A stretch of DNA of 29,733 bases from Oligoflexales bacterium. Lineage in GTDB: Bacteria > Bdellovibrionota_B > Oligoflexia > Oligoflexales > RGVZ01. This document shows positions 19,161 to 26,307 of this stretch, one piece after another. The position numbers and the translations under genes are program-made. The first letter of the stretch is position 1, and each line of letters begins with the position of its first letter. Location of the stretch: positions 1 to 29,733 of the forward strand of contig JBIIGV010000024.1 in the NCBI GenBank assembly GCA_044236265.1, written 5' to 3'. Below the pieces are notes generated by a model. It saw only the letters and a program-made list of their open reading frames with translations, did no database searches and was not told where the DNA came from.

Positions 19161-19191
19161 TAATCGGGGACAATGGAATGGTCCCCGATTA
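19161..19191. terminator. Hairpin directly after the oxidoreductase stop
   Basis: TAATCGGGGAC-N9-GTCCCCGATTA, a perfect 11-bp inverted repeat; no clear U tail. Confidence 0.6.
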
Positions 19192-19203
19192 CTACCAATT
19201 AAT

Positions 19204-19233
19204 ATGGCATTGATGGCGAGTCATCAACGCCAT
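19204..19233 (-). terminator. Second hairpin, probable terminator of DUF4105 copy B
   Basis: Minus strand ATGGCGTTGATG-N6-CATCAATGCCAT (one G-U pair) followed by AT-rich sequence, 6 bp after the stop at 19240. Confidence 0.55.
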
Positions 19234-19239
19234 GAAATT

Positions 19240-21117
19240 TTAACGTAGGAAACGATTATACTTCACGGACACCGAATAGGAGTCGTGAAGCACTTTGGCC
19301 GATGCCTCAAGATCATTCAAATCACCGAATGGCGAAGACATCCCAAGCTCAATAATGGGCTCTCGTTTAAATTTATTCATAGCATTCAGTTCTACTCGAA
19401 CTTTAGCAGAAGCCTTCACCACTTTCTCCCATTCAGCCACAACGCCCAAGCCCGGAAAAAATCCAAGATGGTTGCGATCTTTACCCGAAAGGAAATGGGA
19501 ATAAATACCGTATTCAAAAAATCCCAACGCATGGGAATTTCCCCATCCATAATTACGGCTAAACTCAATATCTAAGCTGTATGGCTTTGCTGGCTGATGA
19601 TGTAATCGACCAAATGAGAAGCGAACGCCTCCACCAATTCCTGATTTAAGCGGAATTGCCGCCTGATAATTCTCGAGAAGCAGCAAGTCGAATTCATGGA
19701 GGCCGAGCTCCTCTTTATCCATATAGACGTCTACATCAAACACGTGAATCCCCATGCCAAGCATAAAGCCCGTAGACGTTGAGTTAAGGGCTTTTAGGGA
19801 AGGTCTAACGCCAATTAGTCCATATGACTTTTTACCTGCATAAAGCACACCAATTCTGATCGATTTCTCTGGAATGATCAAAACCGGATTTTCCCTCTCT
19901 GGAATCTCTATGTTAATCTGGGTCGTTGAAGGGTTTTTTGCGCGCGCAAACAATGCCCGTTGGCGAAGTAACGAATATTTTTCTGCTTTAGCAGGACCGG
20001 CAAGATTTTGATCAAATTCAATGAACTCAACCAGAGTCTCAAGCACCTCCGCTTGCCGGTTCAAAGAAAGCGTGGAAATATCAACGATTGAATCTGTATC
20101 GATCATTGATTTAACAAGCCCAAACTCACTTTCAGTCAACCCAGCTGATTTTGCCAGAAAACGGCGTCTAGAAGATGCTCGCACCGAGGATGGCTTTGGC
20201 TCACCAAGTGTTTGAACTAACTGTTTCATCGCCTCAATGGGCGAAGTCCAAACACGACTCCCAGCAGAAAATTGCACGCGAGGCTCAACTGCTTCAATAA
20301 GCTTGGCTATCAATAGGCTGCAATTTCGCGATAGGTAATAATAATCCGAGTATGCCGGCATAACCTCAAACAACGACAGCTCCAGGTCACCAAGCTGCTC
20401 TTCAGTTAAATTTAGACGGTATTCCCAGAGATCGCGACTTTCGTAATTGTTATACTGCTGGATTTTCATATGCATGGGTGCAACCTCATATACACCCGGA
20501 AACCAGCCAAGAAGCCCACCAGCAACATAATTCAAAACATTTACATCACCGTGTTTGGCTCCAAAAGAAATAATGGGATCAAGTAAGGCGTTGTGCTTTT
20601 CGTCACTTCCTCTTTTTTCAACGCGAAGAAAAATATGACCAAAATAAGAGGCCGGACTTTCCAGAAAATAACTTGAAAACACAACATAAATCCCGGTTGC
20701 CTTCATGGATCTAAACTCAGGACAATCTGCCGGAGGAATCTGGAGTTTGCCACCTAGGGCCTTAAGCAGGTATTTCGTTCGGCGAGGGAAACGACATTGA
20801 ACTTTGCGTCTTTCAGGTTGATCGCTAAATGCGTGTCTTGTGAACGCCAATAATTCTGCTTTTGGATTATTGGCACCGTCTGCAGCAAGAAAAAAGTCTG
20901 GCGCATCAATCAAGCTCGAAGGCTTTCCAAGAACAGACGGATGATAAAACAGGATCCGACTCCACTCGTCGTGATTTTGATATTGATATGATTCTATAAC
21001 TTTGAGCACAGGTGCGGGAACTTCAGCATGTGCATTCGTTGCTGAAAGAAAAACGCAAAGGACTGCAGCCATTATGGCTGCAGTCCTCATACTAAACATT
21101 AATAGCACTAGATTCAA
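19240..21117 (-). CDS. DUF4105/Lnb_N-like domain protein with C-terminal putative beta-barrel (copy B)
   Basis: CRFPRR, ESPASYFGHIFLRV, YNNYESRDLWEY and YLSRNCSL motifs; signal peptide AHA|E. Start may be ATG 21099 or 21090. Confidence 0.85.
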   Translation of the reverse strand: MNLVLLMFSMRTAAIMAAVLCVFLSATNAHAEVPAPVLKVIESYQYQNHDEWSRILFYHPSVLGKPSSLIDAPDFFLAADGANNPKAELLAFTRHAFSDQPERRKVQCRFPRRTKYLLKALGGKLQIPPADCPEFRSMKATGIYVVFSSYFLESPASYFGHIFLRVEKRGSDEKHNALLDPIISFGAKHGDVNVLNYVAGGLLGWFPGVYEVAPMHMKIQQYNNYESRDLWEYRLNLTEEQLGDLELSLFEVMPAYSDYYYLSRNCSLLIAKLIEAVEPRVQFSAGSRVWTSPIEAMKQLVQTLGEPKPSSVRASSRRRFLAKSAGLTESEFGLVKSMIDTDSIVDISTLSLNRQAEVLETLVEFIEFDQNLAGPAKAEKYSLLRQRALFARAKNPSTTQINIEIPERENPVLIIPEKSIRIGVLYAGKKSYGLIGVRPSLKALNSTSTGFMLGMGIHVFDVDVYMDKEELGLHEFDLLLLENYQAAIPLKSGIGGGVRFSFGRLHHQPAKPYSLDIEFSRNYGWGNSHALGFFEYGIYSHFLSGKDRNHLGFFPGLGVVAEWEKVVKASAKVRVELNAMNKFKREPIIELGMSSPFGDLNDLEASAKVLHDSYSVSVKYNRFLR

Positions 21118-21132
21118 AAAAGTTCCCGCTGA

Positions 21133-21672
21133 TCAGCTAAGACCTGAACACTTTGAGGCCACATTCGATGACTTTCCGCGATTTTTCAGGTTCTCCCATA
21201 CTTTTTCTGGATCATCAGAATTGTAGAGGTTACTGAAATCATCCTTATTAAACACGCCAAACGCTGCTTTGGTCTCGCTACTTTCGCAGCCAAATAGTTC
21301 TGCCAATGCACTCAAGTGCGGACCATTCCCCGAAGCAGCCTCCTTTTCAAGCGTTCGAAGATTAGCAGTTACGTATACCTTTTGCTCTGTCATAGCAGTG
21401 TTATTGTTATAATTACAATTTGAAGTTCCAGATGTGATAGCGCTTGAGACAAACCCTATGTACGTGTTGATCAAAGAAGCAGCTATCTGGGATTTTTTGT
21501 CTTTGCTATCGATAATGATCGAGCCTAGTCCACATCCAGCTAGACCAAATGGCGTACTGTAGGCTCTAGAGCCACCGCCAGATTTTTTCTTTGGCTCCGA
21601 TTCAGCACCATGAGCAATAGCTCCTAAAACGAGCGAAGCAAGCGTAAATATTGTAAAAAAATTGTTTTTCAT
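21133..21672 (-). CDS. DUF3015 family secreted protein (cassette B, second gene)
   Basis: AGGAG RBS, signal peptide AHG|A; FGLAGCGLGS...AITSGTSNC, AASGNG, FGC. Confidence 0.85.
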   Translation of the reverse strand: MKNNFFTIFTLASLVLGAIAHGAESEPKKKSGGGSRAYSTPFGLAGCGLGSIIIDSKDKKSQIAASLINTYIGFVSSAITSGTSNCNYNNNTAMTEQKVYVTANLRTLEKEAASGNGPHLSALAELFGCESSETKAAFGVFNKDDFSNLYNSDDPEKVWENLKNRGKSSNVASKCSGLS

Positions 21673-21707
21673 GAGTTTATTCTCCTAGTTCTAAAAATTT
21701 TGTCCGA

Positions 21708-22259
21708 TTAATGGCTGGTAGCCACTTCGAGAGTAGCCTTGTCATCTAGTGTTGTGCAGTGACGCATCAGCACGGCGTTGCGCATCATACGCGCCCGCGT
21801 TTCCTCAAAAACAGCTTTAACACCTGGCTGAGAAAAAACTCCGTCAAATTCATTTTTCATGAGCTTATTGAATTCGCCATATGCGGACTGTGGACAACCA
21901 AAGCTAGCGGCTAAGCCCGTAAGGGATTCGCCGGACCCCCTCGAAGCGTCGCGAGCAATCGAGGAGAAATTTGCGAACATGTAGTTATACTGATCAAAAT
22001 AAGCTACGGGCATTGCATTTTCGCTACACCCAGCAATATCAAAAGCAATAGACCAAACTTGTGATGTCGGGATGCCGACGGGAAGATTTGGCGAAATAGG
22101 TATAGTTCCATGATTGGTGGTGGCGGCAGACGTCTGCATGTCGCGAGGTCCAAAAATTCTCGTTCCGGCTCCACATCCTGCAAATCCGTATTCGTCAGCC
22201 ATCGTACTTGTGCTAGTTAGCGCGCCCAGCACTAACAAATATCTCGCCACTAATTTCAT
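21708..22259 (-). CDS. Divergent DUF3015 family secreted protein (cassette B, first gene)
   Basis: GGAGGT RBS, signal peptide TMA|D; YGFAGCGAG...AATTN, ASRGSGE, FGC. Confidence 0.78.
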   Translation of the reverse strand: MKLVARYLLVLGALTSTSTMADEYGFAGCGAGTRIFGPRDMQTSAATTNHGTIPISPNLPVGIPTSQVWSIAFDIAGCSENAMPVAYFDQYNYMFANFSSIARDASRGSGESLTGLAASFGCPQSAYGEFNKLMKNEFDGVFSQPGVKAVFEETRARMMRNAVLMRHCTTLDDKATLEVATSH

Positions 22260-22585
22260 GAGATAACCTCCAAAAAAGTAAACGGCAATGCTAGAGTTTT
22301 TGAATTTTGTTTACAAATTATTTCGTCATTCGTGACTAAATATTAAGGTTTCTATTTTGTCGCAATGGAGCTTAAGGCGTGAAATAGACGAAACAAGGCT
22401 CTTGTTCACTGTAATAACCTGTTGAGCTTTAGACTGCTAGAACTCGCAAAAAAATGACTTTCGAAATTATAAGAATGGCTATTTTTTCAACAAAAGATTT
22501 TCAAGTCTTGCTTCTCACTTAGTGGAGACGAGGACTCTGAAGATTATATCAAGGGCATTGTGATTCCAATTTTAGCGTTTTGTCA

Positions 22586-22711
22586 GCTCTGGACCCACCT
22601 TTGATCGGCAGTTTTAGGATGTATGCTGCCATCGAAGCTCGAGAGCTCGCCAAACATATGATTGAGCAAAAAAAGTCGCCCAATCTCTCCGTCGTTCAAG
22701 TTAAATCGTGA
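22586..22711 (+). pseudogene. Direct repeat copy 2: detached alternative 3' end of the oxidoreductase gene
   Basis: Translates ALDPPLIGSFRMYAAIEARELAKHMIEQKKSPNLSVVQVKS* versus ALDPLLIGSFRMYAAIEARELAKHMIEQTNSPRLSFFEAKA*; no upstream homology; followed by TAATCGGGGAC as in copy 1. Confidence 0.9.
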
Positions 22712-22950
22712 TTCTAATCGGGGACGATAAAATGAGACAGACAAGACGTCTGCCCTGAAAGGGCAACTCCGACGTTGCGGAATCGGCCCACGTGTCACGA
22801 TAAAGAGTTGGCTCAGACACAGCTCCTTCGAAAAAGGCACATGCAAGAATACCTTCCTAGTGCACTCTTAGGGCTTGATCCTATGTTGCCGATGCGGGAC
22901 AATTTTCCAATTGGAGAGTCTTTGGCATGATCCTACATAATTCCTCTAGG

Positions 22951-23187
22951 CTAAGGGCACTGACGGCATTTGCCGTCTTCTGGGCTCTTGTAGGCGGCCG
23001 GGTCTTGCATGCAAGCGTCCCTATAAATAAAGCCATAATTTTGCAGGACGTAAGGTTGTCCTGCTGGCGCAGTGGCTTCAGCAGATGGGCTTTTTTGCGA
23101 CTCTGATTTCGGGACCGGACTTTGGGGGGCGCAAGCAACAAATGATGCCAACGTGATTTTGCAGCGCCTCGACCAAGAACAAGACAT
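22951..23187 (-). CDS. Possible small lipoprotein-like protein
   Basis: 78 aa from ATG 23187; basic N-terminus, short hydrophobic stretch and FVAC lipobox-like motif, P/S/A linker, Cys-containing C-terminus; same strand as the upstream operon. Confidence 0.4.
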   Translation of the reverse strand: MSCSWSRRCKITLASFVACAPQSPVPKSESQKSPSAEATAPAGQPYVLQNYGFIYRDACMQDPAAYKSPEDGKCRQCP

Positions 23188-23240
23188 CAAAACTCTGAGC
23201 TTTTGAAGTCGCAAGATTTACGCAATGCAAAGATAAATAT

Positions 23241-24098
23241 TCAAAACGTAAAACCAGTCGCTACATGAGCGCCTACGGCAGCCGATGATTTAAATTTTAG
23301 ATTTTGCTCGATCAGATCATAGATCTTTTCGTCACTGTCGACCGTTGAAGAGCTATACAGCGGGACATGAAACTCAGGCCCAGCATGCAATGAAACCCTA
23401 TTGCGAGACACCAGTAGGAATTGAAAGCGAGATCTTAAAGATAAAGCTATGAGTCTCGCTCGGCCCTCGGATTCCACGCCGCCTGACGAAGGCTTCATAT
23501 TAACTTTGATCGTTGCAGTATCGTATACGAATGACAAATCGGACACCCAAGGAGCCTCGCGGTACCGCTCGCCAAAAACCCATCCCAAAATAAATGCACT
23601 GGAAGAATATTGAAACTGGTTCACCGTCCACGGCTCATTACTTAACAAAACAGTCCGACCCTCTAGTCCTCGGTGCCATAAATCACGACGAGCAAGCCCT
23701 CCGAGCAGCACTCCTCCGCGCGGCACAGAAAACTCAACCTCAGCACCGCCGAAGGGTGCCGTATGATAGTAACTTGCCGGGTGCGGATTCCCTTTTACGT
23801 CTGGGAACCGCGTATTGTAACGGATCGGGCCGCCACCTTGATCACCAACGATCAAAGAGACCTTTGCGGTTTGCTTGGTGTGAGGATACTTCCAGTCGCG
23901 AGCACTTTGCGGCATCTCGCCAGGTGGTATCTGGTCTGTTTGACCTGGAGGAAGCTGCGGGTCGGTTGCAAAAGTCGGAGCGGCCTGGTGTTTGGCTGGC
24001 TGAGCAGCGTGAACACATACCGCCGGTAAACACACAAAAACAGAAAATAGACTCGCAGGCGCGAATATCCTGCCTCTACCGCGTCTGGACTTAGTCAT
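23241..24098 (-). CDS. Hypothetical exported protein, probable outer-membrane beta-barrel
   Basis: Signal peptide VHA|A, P/Q-rich linker, alternating beta-strands, C-terminal ATGFTF; overlaps the arfB stop by 8 bp. Confidence 0.7.
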   Translation of the reverse strand: MTKSRRGRGRIFAPASLFSVFVCLPAVCVHAAQPAKHQAAPTFATDPQLPPGQTDQIPPGEMPQSARDWKYPHTKQTAKVSLIVGDQGGGPIRYNTRFPDVKGNPHPASYYHTAPFGGAEVEFSVPRGGVLLGGLARRDLWHRGLEGRTVLLSNEPWTVNQFQYSSSAFILGWVFGERYREAPWVSDLSFVYDTATIKVNMKPSSGGVESEGRARLIALSLRSRFQFLLVSRNRVSLHAGPEFHVPLYSSSTVDSDEKIYDLIEQNLKFKSSAAVGAHVATGFTF

Positions 24099-24495
24099 CG
24101 CGAACCTTCCTTCGCGCCTTTTTTACATCGGACCGCTGCCTTTTAACTTCAACGCGCTTACGTTGAGAGGAATAAGTTGGCTTGGTGGCAACCCGCTTCT
24201 TCGGAGGAAGCCACACGCGACGCAGCATGTCTTGCAACTTCTCGATGCAGCGTCTTTCATTCGTTGAGCGGTCACGGCTTTCATCAGAGTGAATCACCAC
24301 CACACCGTCAGACGTTAAACGGCTAGCAAAATTATCTCTAAATCGCTCTTTAACGTCCTCTGGCACCCATTCAGCTGCTTGGAGGTTCCAACGCATGATT
24401 GCTTTACTTGACGTCTTGTTGACGTTTTGCCCGCCGGGGCCACTGCTTCGCGCAAACGTGAATTCGAGTTCAGAGATGGGGATCAGTAGCGCCAA
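24091..24495 (-). CDS. arfB: Alternative ribosome-rescue peptidyl-tRNA hydrolase ArfB (YaeJ)
   Basis: RSSGPGGQNVNK motif, basic tail PKKRVATKPT...KRQRSDVKKAR; TTG start with an AAGGA RBS. Confidence 0.95.
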   Translation of the reverse strand: MALLIPISELEFTFARSSGPGGQNVNKTSSKAIMRWNLQAAEWVPEDVKERFRDNFASRLTSDGVVVIHSDESRDRSTNERRCIEKLQDMLRRVWLPPKKRVATKPTYSSQRKRVEVKRQRSDVKKARRKVRDD

Positions 24496-24609
24496 GGAAA
24501 TTTCCTTTCAATCAAGACGCCATGATCGTATCACGAAATTAATTTATGATTAAGAGTCGAATATCGGCACTCTAGCTTCGATCCATGAAAGATCGCATAG
24601 CAGCAATTT

Positions 24610-24852
24610 TCAAGCCGCAGACAAACCCAAATCAAGTGCCAACTCTAGGACAAAGGACGCGTCAACCGCCGATTTCTCAGGCTTTTCCTCAGCGATCGCA
24701 TCTAACACATGCCCGACTAACAAAAATTCATCCTCAGTCGTAGGAAGCCCTGGGATCTGAAATGGACCAAGCAATGCACTCAAAGACGCTCCATCATTTT
24801 CTCGACCCTTCAATGCTGCAAAGTAGTCTTTGAAACTCATCACTGGATTCAT
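24610..24852 (-). CDS. Small acidic hypothetical protein
   Basis: 80 aa from ATG 24852 after GAGTGGGG; fills the gap between arfB and rarA; no recognised motif. Confidence 0.55.
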   Translation of the reverse strand: MNPVMSFKDYFAALKGRENDGASLSALLGPFQIPGLPTTEDEFLLVGHVLDAIAEEKPEKSAVDASFVLELALDLGLSAA

Positions 24853-24999
24853 TATAGTGACCCCACTCGACTCAGTTTTTTCCGTTTGCGTGATTGCCCG
24901 CGGAGATAAATGTGAGTCGGCAAAAGCTGCCGGCACTTAATTGCCTAGTGTTTTAATAGAATCCCAAGCACCTGTATTATTTGATCTTTTAGGGCGTTT

Positions 25000-26304
25000 A
25001 TGTTGGAGTTTTCACAAAATCCAGATGAAAGACCCCTTCCAGAACGGGTCAGACCGCGTGAGATGGATGCGATTCTCGGGCAGGAACACATCTGGAAACC
25101 AGGGTCGCCGCTGAGGCGCCTTGTAGAGTCCGATCAAGCGCACGCCATCCTACTCTGGGGCCCACCAGGTACCGGCAAAACCACCATCGCTCAGCTCATT
25201 GGACATCAAAGCTCTCGTAAGCTCGTCTGTATTTCTGCCGTTCACGCCTCGGTCAAAGATCTTCGTGCCATGATCGATCAATCCGCGTGTGCGATTGCCA
25301 ATGGCGAGAAAGCTCACATCCTGTTTGTGGATGAAATTCACAGGCTATCGAAGAATCAACAAGATGTTCTTCTGCCCGGCATGGAAACCGGATTGGTTCG
25401 CTTCATTGGTGCAACCACAGAAAACCCATCTTTCACTGTCAACAACGCGATTTTATCGCGCTGCCTGACGTTCAACTTAAAACCATTGAGCGACAAAGCT
25501 TTGGTCACCATGATGCAAGAAGCTATGGCGTCTGGTGATCCATTATTTTCCAACACGCAGGCAGATAATGATGCACTCACCATGATTGCACAGGCAGCGC
25601 GCGGCGATGGGCGGCAATGTTTAAATCTTCTCTCTGCCGCAGCAACCTGCGCCGATGTAGACGCTGCCGGTCATAAATTGATTTCCCGCAAGACGCTGGA
25701 GTCTCTCGGAACGTCGCTTCCACTTCGCTATGATCGGGACGGGGATCAACACTATGATGTTATATCCGCTTTCATAAAGTCCATTCGCGCAAGCCATCCC
25801 GATGCTGCAGTGTACTATTTGGCGCGTATGATCGAATCCGGCGAAGACCCTGAGTTTATTGCACGCAGGCTTTTGATCAGTGCCAGTGAAGACATTGGTA
25901 ACGCCAATCCCACAGCGCTACTCATCGCAGACTCCACAATGCGCGCCGTTCAAGCCCTCGGACTTCCGGAAGCCAGAATCGCTCTGTCCCAGTGCACGAC
26001 CTATCTTGCGGCATCGCCGAAAAGTAATCGTGCCTACAACGCCATTAACGTTGCATTAGACGACGTACGAAAAACCGGCGTGCTCGAAATACCGATGCAT
26101 TTGCGCAATGCACCGACAGACTTCATGAAACGACAAGGTTACGGTCAGGGCTATGCTTACGCTCACGACGATTTGGAAAAGGCACGCCGCATGACGTACC
26201 TGCCTCGTGAGCTAAAGGGAAAAAACTACTATCAACCGATCCCGGTTGGAGCAGAGCGTCAACTCATTGAAACTTTGAAACATTTGAGGCCACTGGAGGA
26301 CTAG
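25000..26304 (+). CDS. rarA: Replication-associated recombination protein A (RarA/MgsA AAA+ ATPase)
   Basis: PLPERVRP, WGPPGTGKTT, FVDEIHR, GATTENP, HYDVISAFIKSIR, SEDIGNA, HLRNAPT. Confidence 0.95.
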   Translation: MLEFSQNPDERPLPERVRPREMDAILGQEHIWKPGSPLRRLVESDQAHAILLWGPPGTGKTTIAQLIGHQSSRKLVCISAVHASVKDLRAMIDQSACAIANGEKAHILFVDEIHRLSKNQQDVLLPGMETGLVRFIGATTENPSFTVNNAILSRCLTFNLKPLSDKALVTMMQEAMASGDPLFSNTQADNDALTMIAQAARGDGRQCLNLLSAAATCADVDAAGHKLISRKTLESLGTSLPLRYDRDGDQHYDVISAFIKSIRASHPDAAVYYLARMIESGEDPEFIARRLLISASEDIGNANPTALLIADSTMRAVQALGLPEARIALSQCTTYLAASPKSNRAYNAINVALDDVRKTGVLEIPMHLRNAPTDFMKRQGYGQGYAYAHDDLEKARRMTYLPRELKGKNYYQPIPVGAERQLIETLKHLRPLED

Positions 26305-26307
26305 CAT

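Noticed and set aside
17174..22259. AGC in the DUF3015 proteins as a classical lipobox
   Set aside because: The Cys lies downstream of an apparent SPase I site and, in two copies, far beyond a charged linker. It more likely pairs with the later conserved Cys. SignalP would settle this.
19032..22711. Prophage, IS or autonomous integrative element between the direct repeats
   Set aside because: No integrase, transposase, terminal inverted repeats or phage genes are visible; only the three cassette genes lie inside.
22583..22846. 87-aa minus-strand ORF in the ORF track
   Set aside because: Antisense to the duplicated oxidoreductase fragment, TTG start without a clear RBS, no recognisable motif.
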